From Chara braunii (lineage: Eukaryota; Plantae; Charophyceae): a DNA stretch of 64,000 nt. The number at the start of each line of letters is the position of its first letter. Position 1 is the stretch's first letter. The stretch covers positions 4,587,908-4,651,907 of the forward strand of contig BFEA01000017.1 in assembly GCA_003427395.1 (NCBI GenBank), written 5' to 3'. Both the position numbers and the translations under genes were made by a program. Shown here piece after piece: positions 49,273-61,113 of this stretch. Below the pieces are notes generated by a model. It was not told where the DNA came from and made no database searches. It was given only the letters and a program-made list of their open reading frames with translations.

Positions 49273-51128
49273 TGCGAGAAGAATATAGATTAGTTTTAAA
49301 GAAAAAACTTCAAAAAAGAAAAAAACAATAACCAGTTCGTGAAATTGGCGCAAGAAGTGCGTACACTGCCTATCCCTGGATCTGATCACCTGCCACTCAC
49401 TCCTCATCTCGCTCAGAAAAGGGTTGCGCATGCAACGATACTGGGACCGGAGCTGCTTCACAATATTAACCAGTTTGTGAAAGAAGCCCTTGAAATTTGG
49501 AAGCAGGAAAATGGCAACTAGGCCGCAGCACCGCGTGCAGGCTCAACCGATAGTAGCTGCTTTAGCCTCCTTGAACACCAGGGCTGTGGTCCCGCTATCA
49601 AAGGGGATAGGATAGAAATCCTGAATCTGGCTATGTTTTTAATGCAGAGATACAGAAAAGCAGTTCGATCTCTATTTCCTGTTCCTGTCCTCGAATGCGT
49701 CCAGACTCAGGCATTCAATCCGACACTCATTGCTAATGGGACCATGGCCCACTGGCCCAGGAGCGAGATCCCACTAGCCATGTATGTGGATTAGTGTGAC
49801 GGGTGTGGGACGGGTGGGGCACAGGTGGGTAGCAGCGGGAAACAGGGAAAATAAATGCCCAAAAAACATTTCATGACCAAACAAATGAAGAAAAAAACTG
49901 CTAAAAAAGAAAAGAAAGTGCTCTTCTCACAGATGGTGCCTGCTCCAGGCGGGGTGTCAGATGCCAGGGTATGATTCACTGACCATTTCTGTGGCAGTCG
50001 GCACAGGGACCATATTCATTGACAATAGTCTGCGGCTTCCTTGAAATAGGCCGCAGGCTGTTCGGTTGTCCTGACAGAAATTATCTTTGGCAAAGGAGGG
50101 CAAGAGTAAATCCGTACACCATTTGCTGTAGGTGAGGGGATAGAACCCTCCCAAACACCTCCCAAACCACAATCAATTTCCAGCGATGAAGCCATTTCGC
50201 CTTTGCCTTCACTGTTAGTGAACCAAAAAACTTGGTTCTGATTTCACGCACGTTTGGGACAGCCACAGGACCCCAACAACAAAAACAAAAGAAAAACCTA
50301 CCAATGGGAGAGCAAAAGAAAACATCCTTTTCCCGGGCTTAATTCACAAAAAAACAGGCTACCACTGATTTCCTGCGGAATCCACGATGCCTGACAGTCA
50401 CACACCTTAAACACTAATCCACATACATCGGTAGTGGGATCTCTCTCCAGGGATGGCAGCAACAAGGCAGCAAAAAAAAAAAAAAAAAAAGAAACAAGGC
50501 AGCCCCGAAAGGGCTGACTGCAGAGAATTGATAAAACTGACCATGATGACAAGGCATCCCTTTATACGCGATGTATGTAAACTCCCCCGTAGGGCCCGTA
50601 CTATGCATGTTTTTTTTTATGTTTGTACGTCTACTCCCTCGTTCTGTACGCGTTTGTATGCAGGTACAAAACAATTTATTTTTTTTTCTTAATCTCAAAA
50701 TTGTTTGCGAATTTCATATTTTTGTCTGAGGCAAAAGTTTTTCAGAATAATGTAGTCCATAATATATATGTTTGAGAATTCTACGGCGCAGTCAGGGTTT
50801 GAGTTTGTAATTGCACTTGAGGCAAAAGGGCCGGTAAATTAAATGCTGAATGTATGTGACCTACGTTTCGGGTCCGGTGGGGTTGCTTGGGGGTGTGTTG
50901 TATTCGCGGGATTGCCTGAAGTGCAGTAACAAAGTTTAACTGTTTTTGTGACTGCGCTGAAGTTACCCCTATATTTCTTTTTAGAAATTTCTGATAAACT
51001 TTTTTTTTTTTTTTAATTTGTTTTAAACTGGTGCTGAGGATTGAGTACAACGGAGTACAACACGGAGCAATGCCCGTACAAAAGTTTCAATTTTTTCGTA
51101 GGCGAGACACCTCACAGTTAATCCTCTG

Positions 51129-51294
51129 GGGCGAGGTCCCACTATCAAAGGGGATTGGATAAATATCCTGAATCTGGACGTGTTTCAGGCAGATATACAG
51201 AAAAGCGGTTCAGTCTCAACATTCCGCACCTTTCCACAAACACGTACAGATTCAGATCTTCAATCCAATCCTCTTTGCTAGCGGGACCTCGCCC
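51129..51294. mobile_element. 166-bp MITE, family A
   Basis: TIR GGGCGAGGTCCCACTA / TAGCGGGACCTCGCCC; TSD CTG/CTG. Confidence 0.88.
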
Positions 51295-51389
51295 CTGGGG
51301 ACTATGGCAATCAATGCTGGCAGGCAGACATTTGGCATTTAATTTATTCTTGATGTACAATTAATTGGACACTTGACCTGTTTCCTTTG

Positions 51390-51555
51390 GAGCATGGTCC
51401 CATTAGCAAAGAGGATTGGATTAAGCTCCTGAATCTGGACTGGTTTTAAGCAGAGATGTTGAAAAGCTGTTCAATCTCGAATTTAGGCACCTTTCCAGGA
51501 ACACGTCTAGATTCAGGTGTTCAATCCGATCCATGTTGCTAGTGGGACCTCGCCC
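51390..51555. mobile_element. MITE family A copy
   Basis: GGTCCCATTAGCAAAGAGG...TGCTAGTGGGACCTCGCCC; flanks TTG/CTG. Confidence 0.8.
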
Positions 51556-52934
51556 CTGGTGCAGCTCCCCACAAATAGACCGGGGAAAGAAGAATAAAAA
51601 AAAGAGACATTTCACTGCCCCCACCGTGTCAGACCAATCCTTGCTAAGGGCCTCGCCACAGCACTCTCAAAATGTGAAAAAGACAAAAATGTGGCGAGTG
51701 CATCTGGCCATGCGAGTGCATCTGGCCATATTCTAGCAGGTAGTTCATTATCATTTTGCACATTTGGCCATATTCTAGCAGGTAGTTCATTATCATTTTG
51801 CACATTTCGATAGTGGTGTGGCTATGGCCTACAACTTTAGCAACAAGAAACTGCCCATTTTCTCCAAACAGAGGGCCTCGCCACACCACCGTGGAATTGG
51901 GCAATTTTTCTACACCTGTCAGAAAATTTTTGAAAGTGCCCAATTGGGTGGTGTGACCCTCTCTCGCCGCATAACACCGTGGAGCGAAGTTGGTGTCAAG
52001 CATCTCGTTTGGAGGTATGTGTTTTTGACTGTGCTGAGTGGCGAGTACAATGCTGGCATGGAGAGCGGACATAAAAATTTGATGGCGCGATATTCCTGAA
52101 TCTAGGCCTGTTTCTTGCAAAGATGCAGACAAGTAGACGCCACACCAATGTCGAAAACAGGATTTTCGACATTTTCTCCTCGCCACACAGCCTGTAGAAA
52201 TCCGAGATGGCAAAAAGATTCAGTAGTTGTCAGAGAAAGGCTTTCGACACCTCCTTTCGAATGAGGCTGGTTCCCGAGCCTGCAATTTCAACATTTTCAA
52301 CATGCCTCCGGTGAGATGTAGAGTTCTTCTCTGAATGTAGAAACGGAGAGTCTGTTTGGGACGGACCAAGGCTTGTCTTACCCTCACGCCAGTTTGTCTC
52401 TTCAGTACTTGCACTCGCAAATTCTTCACTTTCCAACATGCTGTCTGGCGAAGGTTTTTTTTTTTGAATGAGGGAATGGGCCCAGTTGCACTATCCTCCT
52501 TCTTCAAGTTTGGCGAGTAGGCGCCTGGTTGCACTTACTCGCCAAACTTGGCGAATGCATGCCCAGGGGGAGAGAGAGAGTGGGTGTAGGTTAGGTTGGA
52601 ACAAAGGGGGAGGGAGGGTATATTCCCCGGGAAAGGATAGCTGGTTCTCTCTTGGGGGATGACATGGGGGGACTAGTATGGGGTTTGTTTCCGCCATGAT
52701 CTCAGCAAGCGTTGCCTATCCTTGGGTGCCCAGGGAGCTAGCTCGCAAAGCTGCTAACTACATAACAATAACAATTATGCATGATAGTCTGTAGGGGAGA
52801 GTCCTGGGATGGGAATGATGATATCTTCCTCCCAGAATTGACGATCACAACTTGTGCAGTCAACTCTCTCCCGTTACTGAAAGTTACAATACGGTTGGCC
52901 CACCCTCATCCTTCAGGTTTGACCCAGTGGCATC

Positions 52935-52992
<58 letters not shown>

Positions 52993-53446
52993 ACACCCCC
53001 ACCGGTGATAGTGGTGCTGATAAGAGCAGACACCACTACCACCCGGGGAGAGGCTCCATCTATTGGTGGGGAGCGTCACCTGCTGGAAAACGGGTCCAGC
53101 GTCCCATATACAGAATGTAATCAGAGATCATCCGAGAAGCAATGAAGAAGAATCCTGCCAGCATTGATTACCCTGGGTTCCAGGGGATTGACTGAGCAGG
53201 ACATAAAGAAAAGACTAGAAATGCTCTGGGTTAAAACAGCCACGGAGCCGGACATTTTATGAAGTGTATCTCTTCACCCTCCAACAAAGGGCGCCAGATA
53301 GGCAGCTACGAGCTAATACTATTCAAANGCCGCTGCTCCCTCCGCCTGTCGTAGATGTTTCATCTCCTGGATGATCCTTCCTTAAGCCATTCCCACAAGA
53401 TATCCTCTGTCGCAGAAGACACAGGTACTCAATGTATTCCAGGAAA

Positions 53447-56400
53447 TCATCCATCCATCCCGTACCACTGCATTCCCACTAAGCAATTCGATGGGCGGGG
53501 AAAAAAGTCCGGAAAATTCCCGGGGGGCTTCAACGGGACAGTCGAGTCAATGTTGGTCCAGTCATGGAATATCAATCGGGAAGCTCTTATCCATTCCATC
53601 CTCCCTTGGCCCTCCCCACATTCTTGTTGTGTCCCTTTCCATTCCACCCTCCCCAGTCTCCCCCCGGTTATCCCCCCTAGCCAGCTTGAGGAGAAAGCCT
53701 GAATTTTTTGTTTGATGTCATCATGTGTATTTAGGGAGCGGATCTGTGTTTCGACCTCCTCCCATTTGTCTGGTATTCCTAGTTGAAACTGTTGTTGCAC
53801 ATTTTCTATGACTTTGGGGCCCTCTAGCCTTGCTCCTTCCATCTCGTATGTGCAACGTCTTCTCCAGAGTGCCCGAAGTACCGCCCTCCTTCCCAGTTTG
53901 AAGTGGTTGTTTGTGAATTCATTGAGGGGGTCAACCCGATCCCTGGGCCAGGCCTCGACAGTAGGGCCTTCCAGTCCCATGGCCACGGGGTTGTTGTCTC
54001 CAGTTGGTCCCAGATTTTGTCCCACCATCTCCACAACCAGAGTGCGCCGGGGCATTGTACGAATATGTCCTCAATTGTCTCCGGACGTTGTCTGGAGGGA
54101 AATGCGTTGGTGCACAACTTGCACCAGGGTAGCGCTTGGCCTTTTTGTTCCAGGGATGTTCTGTCTATCAACTAATTATTGGTTGGTAGGCAGCGGTGCT
54201 CAATCTGCCATTGGAGTGAGGCGAAGTTGGCTGGTTTCACCCTCACCAATTTGAACCACTTAAATGGTCTCAAATACTCTTTGCTGATGTTCAGTTGGTT
54301 CCGCCATCGGTCCTCCACTTGATCTCTTAGATTAATCTTTGGCCTCAGGAGTCTGTTGGTAGATTTGACTGTTAGGCTGTACAGTGATTTGGTGTGAGTC
54401 CTGCCCTTCCCCATCTGGGTCGTCCATTTCCATTCCTCCGGGTCCAGGGCCAGATGGTGGATTGGCGTAGAGGAGAGGAAGGCTATCCATTGTTCCTCCT
54501 CTTGAAGGACTTTGATTCTGAATACGTCCTCCTTCTGACATATCATCGTTTCTTCCGGGTTGCTCCTTGCAAGGACATTCCTTCTCCGTGTTTGAAAAAG
54601 GCTCACCACCATTGCCCCATTGGGGAGGTTGCAGACTACATTTCTCACCGTGCCTTGTATGTCCCAGAATGCAACCCAGTCGGCCTGTTGCAGGATGGGA
54701 CCTTTACGTAAGATCCTCCACCAATCTAACGAAATCTTTTCCACTATCCCTTCCAATGCTTCTTGGGGCCGGTGGCAGTATCGCAGTCTCTCCCTTAGCT
54801 GGTCTGGGTCAATCCAATCTTTTTTGTTTGTGTCCCATATATCTTTTATTCTTGTTAGTCATTTTTTGACCCAGCCCCTCCACGACCCATCTGTTGCCAA
54901 ATAATGGTTGTCGCGCCACTTCCTCCCATCTTGTTGGAGGGGACTTGTCTGGTAGCGGGAGGCTTCGCCATGTTTTGATGAGGTGAGGCCAGAAGGGGTC
55001 CTTTCGTAAATCAGACCTTGTTGCTTGCCTTGGTGAATCAGGATCGGGGACTTGTGTCTGTGCTCCTGTCCTCGGGATGGGCCATTCCCTGTTTTCCAAC
55101 CACATCAATGGATCACTGGCTTCTGATATTTGGGGGGCCAGGCGGGAGATTTGTTCCAAGGCCAGCCCTTTCCACGGGGATTCGGGGTCGAACAACAGGC
55201 GTTTAAGCCATTGTATTGCTAATGCTTTAGTCTGTGTCAGGGGGTCGATGATGCCCAGACCGCCTTTCGTTTTGGGCTGGGTAATGGATTGCCACGCCAC
55301 TCCGCTAATCACATTTTGTTTCTCATGATCCCCCCGCCATAGGAAGGCGGTGATCTGGCGTTGCAGGGGTCGCAGGTCCTTCTTATCTAATGCCCAAATG
55401 GCTGATTTATACCATAGTGTGGCCAATACCACGTTATTGATGATCAGAGATCGACCGAATAAGGAGGTATGCTTATCCTTCTAGAGGGTCATCTTTGCCA
55501 AAGGCGGGCCAGTGATCCACTCTATGTTAGTAGGTGGTCTGCCGTTTGCTGTTATTGAGATACCGAGCACCTTGATGGGCGTCTCCTGGGGGAGCCAGTT
55601 TAGCCTGGGGATTTCTGGTGGCCTCACCCCTTGATGGTGTATCCACCATCCTTGGGTTTTATTTTCCCCGTTAACTTTCATGTCTGAGCATTTGCAGAAG
55701 CGGTCCATCATGTTTTGTACCTCTTCCATTGATTCTCTTGATGCATCTACCATCAGGGTCAGGTCGTCAGCGAACAGCGAGCAAACCGGGATTGCCTCCT
55801 GGGGGATTGCTATTACCTGAATTCTTTTAATCTCCTTGTGTGTTCTCAGGTTGGCGGCAAGTGCTTCCATGATTATGACAAAGAGGTAGAGGGCTATCGG
55901 GTCTCCTTGCCTGACAAACCTCTGAAGGTTTATGGGTGAGGCCAGGTTACTATTTACCATTACTGTAGTAGTTGCGTTGGTATGCAAGATCTTTACTCAA
56001 CGTCTGAAACCTGGGCCAAAGTTGAATTTTTCCAGCACTTATCTAAGAAGTGTCAATCCACGTGGTCACAGACTTTTTCAAAGTCTATGAAGATGATCGC
56101 TGCATTGCCCTTGGAGTGCCTTGTTAATTTGATCATCTCGTTGACTAATAGGATGTTATCCTGGATGTTTCTATCTTGAATGAACCCCGTTTGGTTTGGA
56201 TGTATGATGTCCGCCATTACCGGTGTTAATCGATTGGCGAGTGCTTTGGCCATAAGTTTATAGACAACAGTGAGGAGGGTGATAGGTTTGTAGTTGCGTA
56301 CATTTGTTCTTGCCCCTTTCTTATAGAAAAGTGTTAGTATTCCTTGCCCCACCAATTCCCCTGTTTGTTCTGACAACCATACCGCGTTATAGTAGTCCAT

Positions 56401-57967
56401 CAGGTCTTGTGATATGCATGACCACATGACTTCCCAGAACTCCTTGGGTAGGCCATCTATGCCTGGGGTTTTATCCTCTCCCATTTGTATCAGTGTCGTC
56501 CATATTTCGTCCTTCGAAAGGGGTCTATCCAAGGCTTCTCTTTGTTGTTCCGAGAGAGATTTGTTGAGGGGGCGCAAAAAGTCTTCTATTTCCTCCCGTC
56601 GCTGTGTTTCTGGTTGACGCCCGCATTCTGACGTGAATAGTTCCTGGTAAAAGTCTCTTGCGATTTTCGTGCAGGCAGCTAAAGAGGTAAAAAAGGTCTC
56701 TTGGTTGCTCTTTGGGTCTTCTAGTGCCTCTATTACCGTTCTTCCTGTTTTAACTTTGGCCAATGCAAAGAATCGGGCGTCCATTGCGCCTTCCATATTG
56801 TGTCTGGAGAGTTTGCCCCGGATCCTGATACCTTGCCATCTGTGTTCAGTGTACTTTAGAAGTTGTGTTTCGAGAGTTTGGATGGTCATGGCTATCTCCG
56901 CCTGTTGTTCTAGGTTTTTTGTATTCACTTCTTGTTGTTGTAATGTGTACAGTTGGTGTTGCAGGTTTACTTCTTCTGCATGCCGTTGTGCAGCAAGCAA
57001 CTTTGAGTATTCATTGCACTTGCGGTCTATAAAGGCAAGGCCGTTGTTGAACCATAATATGTCGTCTTCAATCTGGTCCTTTTGGTGTTGCCAGAAGGAC
57101 CACACATCCTTGAGGTAAGTTTTAAAGCGGTCTATTGTTAGGAGGGATGTGTTGAGTTTGTAGAATCCCCTACCTTGGTCTGTTTTTTTTCGGAACGAAA
57201 AGATGGCTGTGCACATCGCGTGGTCTAGCCCCAGGTAGGGACTGCGGGGAAAGATTTATGCCATCTGGAGGGTACCCTGTAGTTCTTATGAGATCATGAT
57301 TAAGTCGATTCGCGATTTTGATGCTTTCTCTGTGCTATTTTTGCGGAAGCAGGTAAATCTTCGGTTGGTAGGGAAATGTCTCCGAAAGGTGTCGAAAATG
57401 TTTATGGATTGTGAGAGTTCTCTGATCATTCTCTCGTCTTTTTTTATATAGATTGGGCATGGCGATGAAATTTTCCACCTGTCCAGCCAGCGGTCCGGTG
57501 CCGCATTAAAGTCGCCTGCCAGTATCGTGGGGATTCTCACTAGCAGTTTTTCCTTGAGAGACTCAAGGAAGTTTTGTCTTGCGGGGGGGGCGTTGGGGGC
57601 GTATATATTCAGAATGTTGACCACCTCTATTTCCAGCATTGCCAGTAGGTAGACCCATCTCCCTTCTTCTTGGTCTGCCGCCCAGTTGAGCATTTCCACT
57701 TTTGTTCCCAGGGGTAACCATATGGCTACCCCAGCGCTACCGGGTCTCGGGGCGTGAGCCCTAAAGGCCTGATGCGGCCATATTTCCTTGTGGATATGAT
57801 TATGTTCAAGGCTGTCCATTAGCTCAGTGTCTTGCAGGCACACGACGTTCGGGCTGTCTTTCCCTTCTACCCCTTTCAGTTATTCGAGAATTGCTTGCTT
57901 TTTGGGTTGTTTTGCTGCTGCAAGGCCATTGACGTTAAGTGTGCGCAGGTCTAGGCCCGCCTGTCAT
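53447..57967 (-). pseudogene. LINE ORF2 (EN-RT-zinc finger), frameshifted
   Basis: Consecutive ORF pieces 57286-57843, 56053-57216, 55481-55987, 54809-55432, 54172-54756, 53824-54171 and 53447-54055. The usual CLQET motif reads CLQDT. Confidence 0.93.
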
Positions 57968-59284
57968 TTTTGTTGCTTCCAAGTTTTGTCCTTCCCATAC
58001 AAGGCGTCCACTACATTCATCGCTTTGTTGTTTGTACAGAGGTGGTTCTTTTAGAGCTGCACCCACTTCTCTGTGTCCAGGAGGTTGCTCTTCTGTAGAA
58101 ACCCGGTCCTAAGCAGTTTAACCAAGAAGGCCCCGATGTCTGCTGCTGACCACAAATCTCCTGCTTTAATCTTTAGGAGTTGCAGGTCCAGGAGGGTGTT
58201 TTGGTCCATCCACCGCAGATCTTCTATTTTCTGGTTGTTATATCGCAGGAAGATGTCCTTGGTGCCCATCCTATGTCGTCCGCAGGATTGCACTAGGGTC
58301 GAGGTAGCCCCTGTTGGGAGGTGTTCCTTAGTGAGTTGGGTTATATCTGTGCTGCTAGGAATCATACTTCCTGCCCACGATGTCAGGGAGAGGAAGAAGG
58401 AGGAGCAACCTTTGAGGGTGACCTCACCGTGTGCAGCCTCAGGAGGCGTCGACAAACCCACCTCCCAGACCCCTTCTTTTTGTCTTACCGGGAGGAGGAC
58501 TATGCCTTTTTCGGAGGGGGCGGCGTCAGAAGGTGTCTCTTCCAGTAAGTGACGAAGTTTTTGTCTTTTGCTGGTAAGATCACCATCTGGTGGTTTTGGA
58601 GGGAGTGTGGTTTCCGGTTCCCATGATGCAAGCGCCATGCACAGTCCTTCTGTTTGTGCGTCCTGACCTTCCATTTTTTCTGACGGGGGTTCTTCTCTCA
58701 GTTGCTCCGTTGGATTTTGAGGCTCCTCGTTCTTGGCATCCTGTTCCTCCTTTCCATCATGTTCCTCCTTTCTTAGTGATCCTGTGTCCTGCTCCTCCTG
58801 CGATTCTTTTATGCCGTTTCCTTCGTGCGGCTCTTGTCTGTGTTGGCCCTCCTCGTCTTTCCTTCCTTCTATGGATGTTTTTGTCTTCTCTACTTTTGTT
58901 CCTTGGCCGCTCTTCGGGTGTGATTGGCTTGTTTCCTCTTCTTTTGTCACCTCCTCCTCGCCATGGTGTGTTGTTTTATCTTGCCCTGTGGAGTCCTCTC
59001 CATTCCTGGGGGGCGAGGGAGAGCTGTTTGGTTTGGGAGTCGGGGGGTGGAGGCGGTTAAGGATGATATGGAGGATCTTGTGGCAGATGTCAGGCCAATC
59101 TGTCCCTTATGGTAGCCCTTGTGTAATGGCTTTGTGGAGGCTCTCACTGCTTTCCAACAGAGGGATAAGGTCCCTGTAGATTTTGTCCCAGAATTCCTCA
59201 TTTTCATCTCCATATTTGATCTGCAAGCTATCCATTAGCCAGTCCGCCACCTCCTGCAGGCCTACCTTTTGAGTATTGTTGGCG

Positions 59285-59333
59285 TCACTTCCTTCTGAGT
59301 CCACCGGACTTTGTACTTCTGTCATTTCCACAT

Positions 59334-59372
<39 letters not shown>

Positions 59373-60622
59373 GGGGTCCTAGCGAGGATCTCGACTTCCA
59401 TCGGTTCTGGACCAAAGGCATCTTTCAGCAGGTCCTCCTGCTTACGGTCCTTTCTTTCAACCTGCTTTCTTGTTTCCTCTTCTGTTTGCAATGGGACCTC
59501 TTTTGTGTGACTAGGTTCCCCGTGTTGCCATGTCGTCCCTCTGGTTTCTGTCCACAGCCTCCCTGTAGGTATGTACTCTTTTGCAGTAGGGCCCCACCTC
59601 TGCTGTTTTTGCTTCTCCCCGGGCTGCCTGGTCGGTGTTGTAGTCGATTTGTCCTTCTCTTGTGGGGTGGGGGGGGGTAACCGCTTGGTGACTGACACGG
59701 TTTTCTCTGATTCTTTGGGAAGATGTGGGAGCTTTTCAAGTTTCTCGGGTTCCTTTGGAGGGGGCGGGGTCCAGTCGTTGGGTGGTCTAGTAGTTCTGCA
59801 GGGGTCCCCCCGCCCCTCCCATGTCCAGCCCTTAGCCTGGCCTTTGAGGTCAAGGTCCTCCAGGTACACCCACCCCTCGTGGCCCTGATCCACTGTGCAC
59901 CATCGGTTTGGTCTGCGTAAATCGCGGTGTAGACGGCATGCCAGCGGTCCTTTTTTGTTGGGGTGTTGCGGCCAGGCCGATTCCGTACACAGGTGTCCGT
60001 ATGCCCTGCATTTGAAACACCACGGTCTGAATTTGTGCGTTGTGTGAATTTGGTACACTCTCCCACCCATCCTGTAGGGAATGATATCATCTATTGAGAA
60101 GAGCTGATCATTTGGGAGATCCAGTGCAAGCATCATATAGTCATCCCGTTTTGCTACGTAAGCCGAGAGCGGGTCGATAAAATCTACAATATTATATTGC
60201 TGCCCAAAGTCATATACGAAAGCCACCTGCACCTCCACCGGGATGTGCCTCAGTTCCACCCAATAGCAATCTTTCATAAGTTGTTCCCTTTTTTCTTCAG
60301 GGGTTAGTTTTTTCGGCTGCCATGGGTAGATGCGTACGTCCGATCTCTCCCACCTAACTGTCTTCCACCCGTCCATTCTTTGTTTGTCCTGGGTAAAAAG
60401 ACTCAAGACGGTGAACACAGTTGAGGAGAGAGGTTGAATAAGAAAGAATTCTTGCACCACCTCCGGACTGCCTTTCATCTCCTCCAAGCGTCGACATATC
60501 CACTTTATTTTATCATTAACTGATCTGTGGGCTACGTCTCCATGGAACAACCAATTGCTCGAGTGTTTGATGTATACTTCATCTCCTGCTTCGAGCTTGC
60601 TTTCTGGATACGTCCTCATCAT
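59285..60622 (-). pseudogene. LINE ORF1 core (RRM-like region plus zinc knuckle)
   Basis: 445-aa ORF with YWVELRHIP and KFRPWCFKCRAYGHLC, lying upstream of the endonuclease. Confidence 0.8.
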
Positions 60623-61113
60623 TGTCTTTCTTCCTCCTTAGTCCACCACTTGGTTTTCCGATGGGAGGAGGAAGAGGGTGAGGAAATAGGCCCTCGCCGA
60701 TGAGAGATTTCGGAGAGGTACCTTCTGAACCTCTTCTTCTCCTTGTCGTGTATCCAGGGGAGGTCGTTTAATTTCGAGGGTTTTCTCCTGGATCGTATTC
60801 CTGACTCTTTGGGCCCATGAGGCTTTTGTTCCACCTTCTGCGCCTTCTTGCTTCTTTACACCCTTGTTTTCTCGTTGCCTTGCCTCACTGTGCTTCTCTT
60901 CTTCCGTCAGCATCTCCCCTTCCGACACTGTGCTCTCCATTTCCTGATCTTGGTCGGGGTGTGTCCCTTGTTCGTTTTGTATCTGGCCAGGGCTAGCGTG
61001 CTCTGTTGCAGGCTTGCGGCCCCGTAAGGACTCTTCGGGGGTTGGCCAGTGGGTTGGGTTCAGGAGAGATGTTTCAAGATTGGGGGGGAGAGATCGATGC
61101 ATCCGTAGTGAGG

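Larger units (their letters stand above)
52939..61113 (-). mobile_element. Near full-length degenerate L1/Tx1-type LINE (ORF1, APE endonuclease, RT, zf-RVT, poly(A))
   Basis: 50-nt poly(A) tail at 52939-52988. ORF1 has the zinc knuckle WCFKCRAYGH. Endonuclease motifs LRTLNVNGL, NIYAPN, AGDFN, SRID; RT motifs NYKPITLL, RQGDPI, LFADD. Many frameshifts and stops. The 5' end is interrupted by the hAT at 61114. Confidence 0.96.
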
